A stretch of DNA of 64,000 nt, taken from the NCBI RefSeq assembly GCF_009914755.1, contig NC_060942.1; one strand, 5' to 3'. Position numbers and translations under genes: made by a program. Shown here piece after piece: positions 25,231 to 39,900 of the stretch. The DNA comes from the human T2T-CHM13v2.0 reference genome, Homo sapiens. Below the pieces are notes generated by a model. That model worked only from the letters and a program-made list of their open reading frames with translations, searched no databases and was not told the origin of the DNA. How positions within the stretch are numbered: the stretch's first letter is position 1; each line of letters opens with the position of its first letter.

Positions 25231-28200
25231 CTTTTGCTGGTTTTGAAGGGGAATGCTTCCAGCTTTTGCCCACTCAGTATGACATTGGCTGTGGGTTTGT
25301 CATAGATGGCTCTTATGATTTTGAGGTATGTTCCTTCAATACTTAGTTTGTTGACAGTTTTTAACATGAAAGGATTGAATTTTATCAAAAGTATTTTCTG
25401 CATCTATTGAGATGATCATGTGGGTATTGTCTTTAGTTATGTTTATATAATGAATCACATTTATTCATATTTGTATGTTGAACCAACCTTGCATTTCAGG
25501 GGAAAAAGCCTACTTGATCATGGTGGATTAGTTTTTTGACGTGTTGCTGAATCAGTTTGCTAGTATATTGTTGAGGATTTTTGCATCAGTGTTCACCAAA
25601 AATATTGGCCTGAAGTTTTCTTTTTATGTTGTGTCTCTGCCAGGTTTTCATGTCAGGATGATGCCGGTCTCATAGAATGAGGTGGCGAGGAGTCCCTTCT
25701 CAGTTTTTTGCAATAGTTTTTGTCAGAGTGGTACCAGCCCTTCTTTGTAAATCTAGTAGAATTTGGCTGTGAATCTGTCTGTACCTGGGCTTTTTTTTTT
25801 TTGATTGATAGGCTATTTATTACAGATTTAATTTCAGAGCTTGTTATTGATCTGTTCAGGAATTCAGTTTTTTACTAGTTCAGTCTTGGGAGGGTGTATG
25901 TGTCCAGAAATTTATTGATTTCTTCTACATTTTCTCATTTGTTTGCATAGAGGTATTCATAGTAGTCTCTGATGGTTATTTGTATTTCTGTGGGGTCAGT
26001 GGTAGTGTCCTTTTTGTTGTTCCTAATTGTGTTTATGTGGATATTCTTTTTTCTTGTTCATTAATCTAGCTAGTGGTTTATCTTAATTAAAAAAAACAAG
26101 CTCCTGGATTCGTTGATTTTTTGAATGGTTTTGCATGTCTCTATGTCCTTCTGTTAAGCTCTGATTTTGGTTATTTCTTGTCTTCTGCTAGCTTTGGGGT
26201 TGGTTATATCTTGCTTCTCTGGTTCTTTTAGTTGTGATGTTAGGTTGTTAACTTGAGAGCTTTCTAATTTTTTGATGAGGTGTTTAGTGCTATAAATTTC
26301 CCTCTTAACACTACCTCAGCTGTATCCCAGAGATTCTGATATGTTGTATCTTTGTTCTGTTTAGTTTCAAAGAACTTCTTAATTTCTGACTTAATTTTAT
26401 TACTTTCCCAAAAGTCATTCTGGAGCAGATGTTTAAATTTTTATGTAACTGTATGGTTTTGAGCAATTTTCTTAGTCTTAAATTTCATTTTTATTGTGAT
26501 GTGGTTCTAGAGTGGTTGGTATGATTTCAGTTCTTTTGTATTTGCTAAGGATTATTTTATGTTCAATTGTTAGGTCAATTTTAGTGTATATGCCATGTGG
26601 CAATGAGAAGAATGTATATTGTGTTGTTTTTGCATAGAGAGTTCTGTAGATATTGATCAAGTCCATTTGATCTAGTGTTGAGTTCAGGTTCTGAATACCT
26701 TTGTTAATTTTTTGCCTTGATGATCTGTCTAGTACTGTCACTAGGGTGTTGAAGTCTCCCACTATTATTGTGTGGGAGTCTAAGTCCCTTTGTACATCTC
26801 TAAGAACTTGCTTTATGAATCTGGGTGCTTCTGAGTTGGGTGCCTACATATTCAAGATAATTAGATCTTCTTATTGATTAACCCTTTATCATTATGTAAT
26901 GCCCGTTTTTTGTCTTTTCTGATCTTCGTTGGTTTAAAGTCTGTTTTGTCTGAAATTAGGATTACAACTCCTGCTTTTTTCTCTTTTCTATTTGCTTGAT
27001 GTTTTTTTCTCCCACCTTTTATTTTGAGCTTATGGGTGTCATTGCATGTGAGATGGGACTCTTGAAGAAGAATACTGATGGGTCTTGGTTCTTTATCCAG
27101 CTTGCCACTCTGTGCCTTTTAATTGGAGCATTTAGCCTGACTACATTCAATGTTAGTATTGATATGACTGGATTTGATACTGTCATCATATTGTTAGCTG
27201 TTTATTATGCTGACTTGTTCGGTTGTTTTATAGTGTCACTGGTCTATGTACTTAAATGCGTTTTTATATTGCCTGGTAACGGTCATTCCTTTCCATATTG
27301 AGTCCTTCTCACAGGAGCTCTTGTAAGGCAGGTCTGGTGGTAACAAATTTCTTGAGCATTTGCTTGTCTGAAAAGGATCTTATTTCTCCTTCACTTCTGA
27401 AGCTTAGTTTGAAGGGATATAAAATTCTTCATTGGAATTTATTTTAAGAATGTTATATATAAGTCTCCAATCTCTTCTGGCTTGTAGGGCTTTTGTTGAG
27501 TGGTCTGCTGCTAGTCTGATGAGCTTCCCTTTGTATGTGGCCTATATTTTCTCTCTAGCTTCCTTTTGTTTCATTTCGACCTTGGAGAGTCTGATGATTA
27601 TGTGTCCTGGGGATAAATTTCTTGTAGAATATCTTACTGGGGTTCTCTGCATTTCCTGAACTTGAATTTTGTCCTGTTTAGCTATGTTGGGGAAGTACTC
27701 ATAGATAATATCTTAAAATATGTTTTCCAAGTTGTTGCCATTTTTCCCATCTCTTTCAGGGATGCCAATAAGTGGTAGATTCAGTGTCTTTCCATAATCC
27801 CATATTTTGTGGAGATTTTGTTTGTTCCTTTTTGTTGTTTTCTGTTTATACTTGTCTGTCTTATTTCAGAAAATCAGTATGCAAGCTCTGAGTTTCTTTT
27901 CCCAGCATGGTGTATTCTGTTATTAATACTTGAAATTGCATTGTGAAATTTTTGTAGTGTGTTCTTCAGCTCTATCAGGTCGCTTACATTCTTTTCTATA
28001 CTGTCTATTTTATGTCCAATATTATTTTATTATAATTCTTACCTTTCTTAGGTTGGGTTTCAATGTTCTCCTAAATCTTGCTTATCTTTGTTCTTATTGA
28101 TGTAATTAATTTTATTTCTGTAATTTCAGCTGTCTCAGCGCAGTTAATAACTCTTGCTTGAGACTTAGTGTGGTCGTTTGGAGGAAAAACACACTCTAGC

Positions 28201-30712
28201 TTGTTGAGTTGTCAGAGTTCTTGCACTGTTTTTTTCCAATATTTGTGAGCTGATGCTCCTTCAATCTTTGAAGTTGCTGTTCTTTGGCTGTGTTTTTTTT
28301 TATTTTATCATATTTGATGACCTTGTGGTTTTGATTGTGGCATAAGGTGGGTTCAGTTAACTGGCTTCATTTCTGGAACATTTTAGGGGGCCACAGCTCA
28401 TCTCAGGGTCCTAGACTACATGTTTAAACTCTGGGAAATTGGTGTTGGGCCCCATCTTTTTTCTTTGGCTCCTCAAGTTTGGGAACATTCTGCAATGGAG
28501 GGGTCAAAGTGCTCCTGGACTGCTGTTCACAACACTCTGTTGAGTGGTCCCAGCCAAAGCATGCCATAGGGTGGGAGAAGCAGGATTTATCCTCGTTCAC
28601 ACCTGCCAGCAGCAGCAACAGTATGGGGAGGGTGCACACTTGTCAGCCATGGCAGGGTGGTAGTGAGTGCCAGGGTGCCAGCCTCCATGTGGGTGTTTGC
28701 AGCAATGACAATGGCAGCATGACTTAGAGGTCCAAGGGGCCTTCACCAATGACTGTGCATACATTTGTGCCAGTGGTGGTGTTAGTATGGAGGCAGGACA
28801 CTGATTGATGCAGGACTATATGCGCTCTCTATGCACATTCACATTGGTGGCAGTGACCACTCAGAGCAGGAGGTAGTCCACTGTTCACTGTGCTTCAATT
28901 AAAATTATTTAATAGATACAGGTCTATTCAACTTGTTGATCTTTCCTGTTTTAGGCTTGGTAGTTTTTGTCTTTCAAGGAACTGGTTGATTTTAACTACG
29001 TTATCAACTGTGTGAGCATATAATTGTTCATATTATTCCATTATCGTCTTTCTAATGTCCATACTATTCCATTATCATCTTTCTAATGTCCATGGAATAA
29101 ATAATAATGAACTTTCATTTCTGCATTAAGTACTTTGTGTCTTCTCTTTTTCTATGGTTAGTGTATCTACAGGTTTTTTTCTTTTATTGTTCTTTTCAAA
29201 TAACCAGCTTTTGGTTTTGCTGATTTTTCTCTACTGTTAGTCCTATTTACAATTTCATCAATTTCTGCTCTAATTTTGTACTATGTCCTTTCTTCTTGTT
29301 TTAAGTTTAATTTGATCTTCTTTCTGAGTTTCATGTGGTGGAAGATCAGGTTACTGCTTTTAAATCCCCTTTTCTAATACATGCATTTAATGCTACTAAT
29401 TGCCCTCTAAGGACTGTTTTTACAGCATCTCATAATGTTTGGTAAGGTGTATTTCCATTATCATTTAGCTTAAAATATCGTCAAATTTCTGTGAAGACTT
29501 CTTTTACCAAGTGTTATTTAGAAGTTTTTTCTTTGAATCTCCAAAATTTGGAGATTATTTTTAGCTCTCTTTCTGTTGTTGATTTCTAACTTAATTTCAT
29601 GTGATCTGAGGACATAATTTGTATAATTTCTTTACTTTTAAGTTTGGAAAGTCTATTTTATGTTCCACAATGTAATGTGTCATGGTAAATGTCCCTTGTA
29701 AGCTTGAGATGACTGTCTATATTGGTATCTTCATATATAGTGTCCTATAAATGTCAGTGAGAACCTGATGATTGATAGTGTTTTGCAGATCATCTACAAC
29801 CTTGATGATTTCTTCCTGCTCTATCAATTACTGAGGAGGGATGTTGATGTATGCAACAATAATGGTGGAATTGTCTATTTTCCTTTCAACCATTTCCGTT
29901 TTAGTTTCTTGTATTTGAAGATTATCATCAATTACATATACATTAGAGATTGTTATATTTTTGGGGGAAATTAACACATTTATCATTATGTAATTATGCT
30001 CTTTACCCATTATAATTTTTTGTTATGAAGTCTGCCTTGGCTAAAATTAATATTGATATTTCAGCTTTCTTATTATTAGTGTCAATATGGTATATCTTTC
30101 ATCACTGTTTTACTGTTAACCTGAGCTTTTACATTTAAAGTGGGTTTATTGCAGATGCCATTAAGTTTGGTCTTCTTTCATTATTCACTTTGATAATTTC
30201 TACCTTTTGTTTGGCATTTTTGTAGATTTACATTAAAATTGATTAATAATTTGTTTGATTAATATCTACAATTTTTTTACTATTCATTGCAATTGGTTTC
30301 TGTTACTTTCTCCTTTTTTCTACCTTCTTTAGTTTAATTGAGTGTATACGATTTCATTTTATCTCCTCTTTTAATCTACCAATTATAATCCTTAAAAAAA
30401 TTTAAGTGACCCCAGTGTTTACATGATACAGTTTCTACTATTCTAAGTTTACCATCACATAAGTCACAACCATGTCATGTGTAGTACAGAAATCTATGTA
30501 TCTTATAATAGAATATCCAATTCTTCTGTCTCATCATTTGTGACACAATGTAAATGGGCCCACGTTTGCCTGCTTACCAATCAAAACTCAGATGCAAGAG
30601 ACAAGGATTGACAGTAGGAAAAGCATGTTTAATTGGACAGTGAGCAATTCAAGAAGATGGCAAACCAGATTTCTGAAGTATCATCTTAAATTATAAAATT
30701 TACCATAGGGTT

Positions 30713-33125
30713 TGTATTAGTCCGTTCTCATGCTGCTAATAAAGACATACCCAAGATTGCGTAATTTATAAAGGAAAGAGTTTTAATGGACTCACAGTTC
30801 CAACTGGCTGGGGAAACCTCACAATCATGGCAGAAGGCAAAGGAGAAGCAAAGTCACATCTTACTTGGTGGCAGTCAAGAGAGCTTGTGCAGGGGAACTC
30901 CCGTTTATAAAACCATCAGATCTTGTGAGACTTATTCACTACCAGGAGAACAGGATGGGGGAAACCACTCCCATGATTCAATTGTCTCCAACTGCCCCCA
31001 CCCTTGACACATGAGTATTATTACCGTTCAAGGTGATATTTGAGTGGGAACACAGCCAAACCATATCATTCTGCCCTGGTCCCTCCCAAATTTCATGTCC
31101 TTGCATTTCAAAACCAATCATGCCTTCCTGACAGTCCCTCAAAGTCTTAATTCATTTCAGCATTAACTCAAAACTCCACAGTCCAAAGTTTCATCTGAGA
31201 CAAGGCAAGTCCCTTCTGCTTATAAGCCTGTAAAATTAAAAACAAGTTAGGTACTTCCTAAATATAATGATGGTACAGGCATTGGGTAAATATACCCATT
31301 CCAACTGGGAGAAATTGGCCAAAATGAAGGGGCTACAGGCCCCATGCAAGTCTGAAATCAAGCAGGGCAGTCATTAAATATTAAAGCTCCAAAATGATTT
31401 CCTTTGACTCCATGTCTCACATCCAGGTCATGCTGATGCAAAAGGTGGGTTCCCATGGCCTTGGACAGCTCCACCCCTGTGGCTTTGCAAGGTACCTCCC
31501 CACTCCCAGCTGCTTTCATAGGCTGGTGTTGAGTGTCTGTGGCTTTTCCAGGTATATAGTGCAAGCTGTTGGTGGATCTGTCATTCTGGGATCTGGAGGA
31601 TGGTTTCCCTCTTCTCACAGTTTGACTAGGCAGTGCCCCATTGGGGACTCTGTGTGGGGGCTCCAACCCTGCATTTTCCCTCTGCACTGCTGTAGTACAG
31701 CTTTTTCCATGAGGGCTCTGCTCCTATAGCAGACTTCTGCCTGGATATCCAGGCATTTCCATACATCCTCTGAAATCTAGGTAGAGGCTCCCAAGAGTGC
31801 ACCCACAGGTTTAACACCACATGAAATCTACCAAGGCTTTGGTTTACATTCTCTGGAGCAGAGGACCAAGATGTATTTGGGTCCCTTTTAGCCATGGCTG
31901 GAGTGGCTGGGACACAGGGAGCAGTGCCGCCCTGAGATTATGCAGGGGAGCAGGGACCTGGGTCTAGCCCACAAAACAGTGATTTTCCTCCTAGGCCTCA
32001 AAACCTGTGATTGGAGGGGCTAGTGTGAAGGTCTCTCAATTGCCTTTAAGGCATTTTCCCCATTGTCTTGGCTATTAACATTAAGCTCCTCTACTTATGT
32101 AAATTTCTGCAGCCAACTTGAATTCCTCCCCAGAAAATGGTGTATGTGTTTTTGTCTTTTTGTAGGAAAAAACAAAACAAAACATTTTCTGGGGAGGAAT
32201 TCAAGCCTGCTACAGAAATTTGCATAAGTAAATTTAATCAGGCTGCAAACTTTCTAATTTTTTCTCCTCTGCTTCTCACTGAAATGTAAGTTCCAGTTTC
32301 AGATCATCTCTTTGTTCAGGCATATGACCATATACTGTTAGGAGCAGCCATGTCACATCTTGAACACTTTGCTGCTTGGAAATTTCTTCTGCCGGATACC
32401 CTAAATAATCATTCTCAAGTTCAGAGTTCCACAGATCCCTAGAAGAAGGGCATAATGCTTCCAGTCTCCTTACTAAAGCAGAGCAAGTGTGACCTCTACT
32501 CCATTTCCTAGTAAGTTCCTCATCTCTGAGACCACCTCAGCCTGGACTTTATTGTCCATATCACTATCAGCATTTTGGTCACAACAATTTAACAAGTCTC
32601 TAGGAAGTCCCAAACTTTCCCTTATCTTCCTGTCTTCTTCTGAGCTCTCCAAACTGTTCCAACTTCTGCCCATTACCCAGTTCCAAATTCACTTCCACGA
32701 TTTCAGATAACTTTATAGCAATGCCCTACTCCTTGGTACCAATTTTCTGTATTAGTCTGTTGTCGCACTGCTATGAAGAACTAGCTGAGACTGGGTAATT
32801 TATAAAGAAAAGAGGTTTAATTGTGGTTCCACAGGCTGTACAGGAAGCATGGCTTGCAAGGCTTCAGGAAATCACAATCATGCCAGAAGTTGAAAAGAAA
32901 GGAGGCATATCTTACATGGCCAAAGCAGGAAGAAGAGAGAGAATAGGGAAGTGCTACACACTTTTAAGCAACCAGATCTCAAGAGAACTCACTCCCTATC
33001 ATGAGAACAGCATGGGGGAAATCCACCTCCATGATCCAATCACCTTCCACCAGGACCCTGCTCCAACATCAAGGATTACAATTCATCATGAGATTTGGTT
33101 GGGGAAACATATCTAAACCATATCT
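30713..33125 (-). mobile_element. MaLR element: THE1B-like LTR (30713-31068), internal region, MSTA-like LTR (32748-33125)
   Basis: Both LTRs run TGTATTAGTC...AAACCATATC on the plus strand; the ~1.7 kb internal region is homologous to the THE1-int at 47.4-49.0 kb. Confidence 0.9.
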
Positions 33126-33203
33126 GGAACATGTGGAGTTGAAAATATTCATGAGTCTCTGGGCTTACAGAAGAGATCTGCTGGAGCATCATGATATGAG
33201 GGG

Positions 33204-33490
33204 TCAGAAGCTTTTGGGAAAGCTGGTCTTGCCTTCCCATACATAGTATGTAACATCAATACAGTTTACAGCAAAACTTATTCTTATAATCATAGCTAAA
33301 ATCATGAGTAACTTTTTCCACCAAGAGGGGACGGATAAGAACCATGAAGAGAGCCATTGATTTAAAGACCTTGTGGGATCAGCCATAGCATTAATTTGCT
33401 TGTGCATGACTTGTAGGGCTAAATATATGTTTCCAGAGTTATCCAGAATGTACATACAGCATTCAGTCTTAATTACAGCACATATTCCCC
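33204..33490 (-). pseudogene. Retroviral env transmembrane-subunit remnant
   Basis: The frame reads GICAVIKTECCMYILDNSGNI...WLSSWF...WWKKLLMILAMII: a gamma-type CX6CC motif (33456-33482) followed by a Trp-rich membrane-proximal region and a hydrophobic TM stretch. Confidence 0.85.
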
Positions 33491-34638
33491 ACTGTCAATT
33501 ATACCCAGAGCTCCTGTGTGTATATGATGACAGATTGGCTAAACATACATATTTCGCAGGTTACAGGAGAAACTTTGAATATTTAGGAAGGTAGTCCTGA
33601 CACATGTATATTGAAAAAAATATGCATGTAACATATGACCCATGTTCATTCTGGGGTGGACACTTAACATTTAAATGTCTTTATACATCAAAGGGGTTTT
33701 TACTAGGACACAAGGCACACAAGTATGCAAGTTAGCAACTGGCCAGAACCAGTTCACAGTCAGTAGTCTTTTTAGCAGGAAAAAGTAACTGAAATCAGCC
33801 TCTTGTTTAATTAAAGCTATAGTTATGGCTGGTGGAACAGGGGCTGAGGGTCAGTCAGCATTTGGTGGAGCTGTAAATTGTTTCAATATTGCTTATCTTG
33901 AAGCCAGTGCTTATTTGACTGCTTGGGAAAAATAAAATCGTTGTGGCAGTTAGAACATGGTTCACCTTTTAAGTGTAGGAGTGTCCGACTTAACCTTTGC
34001 CTGTCATAGTCTTAGGTCTGGTTTATGATTTGGTATCTTATTATTACAGAGAGTCTGTTTTGCCAGTTTTATGATCTCTATTTTAATGTTAATGTTGGTC
34101 AGTTGTACCTGAATTCCAATGGGGGGGGAGGATAAAATGAGTCATGTCCAACCCCCTTCCTGTCATAGCCTGAAACTAGCTTTTAGGTTTCTTTGAGATC
34201 CCCTTAGCTATAAGGAGGAGAGTCCATTCAGAGAGTGGACTTGGGTTTTTGTTTGTTTGTTTGTTTGTTTGTTTGTTTGTTTTTTAGTTTATATTCCTCC
34301 TTTTTTGGTCAATATATGCCAGGGGCGGTATCAATGGCCAAGTGTTTATTTTGTTCCATATCAATGCTGAGGTGCTGTGGCTACCTGCATCAGATCTGTC
34401 ATGTCTCTCAGTGGAACTCCTATGGCAAAAGGACTTAGAGTCAAAAGACTTACAGATAGCCAATTAAATGTTCTAGGCCAGATGGGAATGAAAGTAGGCT
34501 GGCACTTATTAACCCTTTGAGCGATATGAGAGCCAAAAACTAAAAGCCAAACTCCTTTAAGCAATATAAGAGCCCAAAACCAAAAACCAAAAAACAAGGT
34601 TATAAAATTGATTTGTCTATACGTTCTATATATTGAGC

Positions 34639-35408
34639 TAGGGGTCCTGAACCCCCAGGCCATGGATTGGTACTGCTCCCTGGCCTGTTAAGAACCAGGC
34701 TACACAGCAGTAGGTGAGTGGTAAGTGAGCAAACATTATCATCTGAGCTCTCCCTCATGTCAGATCAGCAGGGACATTAGATTCTCATAGGAGCATGAAC
34801 CCTATTGTTAACTTCACATGCAAAAGCTCTAGGTTGTGCACTTTTTTATTTTTTTGAGATGGAGTCTCGCTCTGTCTCCCAGGCTGGAACACAGTGGCGT
34901 GATCTCTGTTCACTACAACGTCTGCCTCCTGGGTTCCAGCAATTCTCTGTCTTAGCCTCCCAAGTAGTTGGGATTGCAGGCACCTGCTACCATGCCCGGC
35001 TAATTTTTTTTTTTTTTTGTATTTTTAGTAGAGACAGGGTTTCACCATCTTGGCTATGCTAGTCTTGAACTCCTGACCTCGTGATCCACCCCCCTCAGCC
35101 TCTCAAAGTGCTGGATTACAGGCATGAGCCACTACGCCCTGCCGGTTGTGCACTACTTATGAGAATCTAATGCCTGATGATCTATCACTGTCTCCCATCA
35201 CCCCTAGATGGGACTGTCTAGTTGCAGGAAAACAAGCTCAGGGCTCCCATTGTTTCTACATTATGGTGAGTTTGTAATAACAATAGAAATAAAGTGTACA
35301 ATAAATGTAATGCACTTAAATCATCTTGAAACCATTCCCCTCTCCCATCTGTGGAAGAAATGTCTTCCACAAAAGTGGTCCCTGGAGCCAAAAAGTTGAG
35401 GACTGCTG
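34639..35408 (+). mobile_element. MER1A (hAT-Charlie) DNA transposon interrupted by an Alu
   Basis: TAGGGGTCC...GGACTGCTG termini; internal TTAGATTCTCATAGGAG / CTTATGAGAATCTAATG; 8-bp TSD TATTGAGC / TGTTGAGC. Confidence 0.9.
34843..35143 (-). mobile_element. AluS
   Basis: Reverse Alu with an 11-bp TSD GGTTGTGCACT (34832-34842, 35144-35154). Confidence 0.93.
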
Positions 35409-35531
35409 TGTTGAGCATCTGTATACCTGTCTTTGATTTGGGGGTCTGAACTAATTTTATCCCTCAAAACTGGCCCTTAAAATCTCATGCACCCACCTCT
35501 TCCACAATAGGTCCTGGGCCTGGAGGGATTA

Positions 35532-35837
<306 letters not shown>

Positions 35838-36631
35838 TTAGCAATGTTTTAAACAGAAAGGTCATAAGCCCTGCCTAATTCTGAGAATGACAGGAAAAGG
35901 AAGCTCACATGTAGCTAAACATTTAAATTATTTAGTATCAAGGTATAGAATACATTTTATTAATTCAGATAGATGCAAAATTATTAAATGAATCTTAATG
36001 TTTTTGAATACAGGCCTGTCTCTGTGTCTCATGAAAGCAGTTTACTTTGATTGTCACCTTTACTAGGATCTAACAATGAGGCATTGGTTAATTTGAGTTT
36101 GGTGTCAGAGAGTGGCAGGAGTTGATGCCTTCTTTAGATATGTTTACTCAAGACTCAAAGCCCTGTAACTTAACAGCACAGGATTAGTTAATAGCATATG
36201 ATAAGGACATTTTCAGGGGGCTGGAGGTGGTGATACTGACTCTCTTTATGGTTTTTATCAGTCCCCTCCTGGTGGAAAAAGTTACTCATAATTTTAGCTA
36301 TGATTATAGGGATAGGTTTTGCTGTAAATTGTATTGCTGTTACACACTATGTATGGGAATGCAAGACCAGCTTTCCCAAAAGCTTCTGACCCCTCGTATC
36401 ATGATGCTTCAGCAGATCTCGTCTGTAAGCCCAGAGACTTTCTGCATTCCCTTTGAGTTATTTTAATTATTACTCGGTTAAGTGAATGATTATTATTTTA
36501 CAATAACCTGTGATTCTGTTTTGATAAAATGCTTTGAGCTTTTTAACATCTTTGACAAATTATTTCAAAATCAAATCCTAAATTAAGTCTCTGATTTATT
36601 GCTGGGGCTTATCACAGCTATAAAAATTAGG

Positions 36632-36940
<309 letters not shown>

Positions 36941-39900
36941 TCACTGCAAGGTTGTAAGATCTTTTACGGCTTCCAGTTAGTTGATGGACTGACAAAACTG
37001 GAACCTGTCCACGTGGCTAAACTTTGTTTTCCCCCAGTAGATACTCCAATGAAGGCTGTGGATCAAGATCTTGGGTAGTTTCCATAGCAGTTTACTTTTT
37101 GAAAAACCTCTTTTACCCCCTTTTTAAATTCAGTTTCAAGTGAATTTCCAATGTTTATATTTTAGCTAGAACGGGCATAACTGTATAAGAAAAATAAAAT
37201 ATCTTTGGTATCTGACACTAAACTCAAATTCATCCTTGAATTAGTGAGTTTTATCTCAACAGCAGTAGCTTAATAACCTCCGGTTCAAAGTAGGTAGAAA
37301 AGATAAATTGATATACAGCTTTAGAAGAGCCTACTTAACAAAAAAGTTGCAGGGTAACCATTTGAGCTCTGACTTTTTCTTGCTGTAATTTGCCTATTAG
37401 TTTAAGATATGTACAAAAACTGCCCATAACGTGTTATTAGCTGGAGCCCCAGAAAACTTAGCATGCCTTTGTATTTTCCATGTTATTAAACATGTAAGCC
37501 CAGGGTCCACAAACAGACAAATGCAAAGGAACTAGTTCTCAAATTGATAGAAGTCCAACAACTATTCCTGTCTCCAAAAGGGTACCCCAACCAAAAAAAA
37601 AAAAAGTGGTTTATTCCAAGGAAAAGCCCAAATGGGAAGGTAGTTCCTGGTTGAACACACCATAGTGACTTACCAACCTTTCAGCCTGTTAACTCCTCAG
37701 ACACCACTTTTCCTTGCTTCAACAAAGCATTTCAGGCAGCTGATGCCAGAAAGGAGAAAGATGAGAGAATTCCCAAGACAAAAGCGTTCTTGGCAGCTGC
37801 AGGGACATCTCTGGAGTCGAAGCCATGAAGTCACCTAACCATGAGTAGCTGGCACTCATGAGCATCTGTTGCTCTGCCTGGTAGCATAAATGGGTAAGCC
37901 CTGGCACACTGCTGTAGTAAATTGCTCCATCCTTTGGAAACCAAGCAGGCTAGACCACCCAAACTGCAGCCCCACATTTGGGCACTGAATTTCTAACTGA
38001 ACTTAGGTTGGGCTGCTCACTGCTTGACAACAAGACATGAGAAGTGAGGGTTGGAGCAAGGAAGAGCAAGTTTAATCAGAGAGCCAGTAAACCAAGATGA
38101 TGAACTAGCATTCTCAAATAACATCTTAAATTTCAAAATTTTCCATAGGGTTTGTAAAGGCAAATTTGGTACAGGAGGCATGGGAGTGGTGCAGGTTGCA
38201 GGGTCTGTGTGTCTTCGTTCTGATGGCTGTCTTTGGTAATTGCCCATCTAGAAGTCTGGTTGGTGTTATCTTTGGTTCAGCCTGGCAATTCCCCTTAGCA
38301 GGAAGCTTCTGCAATTGGGGCTCCATGCCTGGTTTGTTCCAAGATTAGCCACTGAAATTTCTAAAACAAAAATTTAATTAGGTAAGCATGGATTGCCAGA
38401 AGGGAGTATCTAGACAGGGAAGAAATAAAAGGGTAAGAGGGAAGGGAAGAAAGAAAAAGAAAGTGGATGATTAAAATATATTTTAAAAACTGAGGTCGTT
38501 TGTTGCAATAACCATTATTCATTTAATGTATCCATATGCTATAATACCTCAATACATTAATAATGCTTTAAACAATGATTATATTTTAGATCAGCTAAGA
38601 ATCAGCCAGCCAATGGTTATCTTTTAGATCAGCAAAGAATAAGTCAAAGAAAATATTATTTTACCTTATTTTATTCCTTATCTAACATTCTTTCTTTCTT
38701 TATATAGACCTGAGTTTTTGACTTATGTCATTTTCTTTCCCTATAAAAAATTTATTTTAATATTTCTTGAAAGGAAGGTCTAGTGGTATTGAATGACCTG
38801 AGTTTTTGTTCATCTGAGAAAGTATTTCTCTTTTGCTTTAATTGACAGTTTTTTTGGATATAGAATTCTAAGTGTGTAGATTTTTTTCTTTCAAGATTTA
38901 AACACTTTTCTTTCACATTATTCTTACTCGCTTGATTTCTGACAAGATGTTTGTTATGATTTCTATCCCTGTTAATGTATAAATAGATATGTTTTCACCC
39001 TCTGGCTTTTTTCAAGATGTTGTCTTTGTCTTTGTTTTTCTACAGTTTGAATATGATACGGATAGATATATGGGGGTTGTTTTTGTTTGTTTCTTGTGTT
39101 TATCCTGCTAGTGTTCCTTGAGCTTCCTGCTACTTGAATTGTTTGTCTCTCATTAGTTTGAACATTTCTTGGCCTTGTTACTTCAAATATTTCTTTTGAT
39201 ACATTATCTTTTTCTTCTCTTTCTGGTATTCTAACAATGGGTATGTTTAATCGTTGCAATATTGTCCTACAGTCCTTGGATGTTCTGTTATGTTTTTATC
39301 ATTGCTTCTTTTTTCCTTTTTTCTTCTCTTTTCTGTTTTTTTTTCCTTTTTGCATTTCAGTTTGGGAAGATTTTACTGACATATTTTCAAGTTTACTTAT
39401 TCTTTTCTCAATATGTTCATTCTACTGATAATCCATCGAAAACCTTCTTTATTTTTGGTACATTGTTTTTTACTTCTAACACTTCTCTTTGCTTCATAGA
39501 GTTTCTATCTCCCTGCTTACATCTGTCTTTTTGCATGTTTTCTATTTTTTTGCATTAGAGCACTTAACATAATCATGATAATTATATTACATTTTATGTC
39601 TGACAATTACAACATTTTGATCATATCTAAGCCTATTCTAATAATTGCTTTGACTCTTCATACTGCATTTTTTATTGCCTTTTAGCATGCCTTGCAATTT
39701 TTTGTTGAAAACTAGACATGTGTCAGGCAATAGGAACTAACATAAATAAACTTTAATGTGAGTAAGGAGTTATGCTCATCTGGGTAGAAGTGAGGCTATA
39801 TTTAATGTTTACTGTAGTTACAAATGGCAGAGACTTCATAATCCTTTAGTGTCCTTGTTTTTGTCTCACCTCTTAATTTTGGTCTTCTTTAAGTACTACA

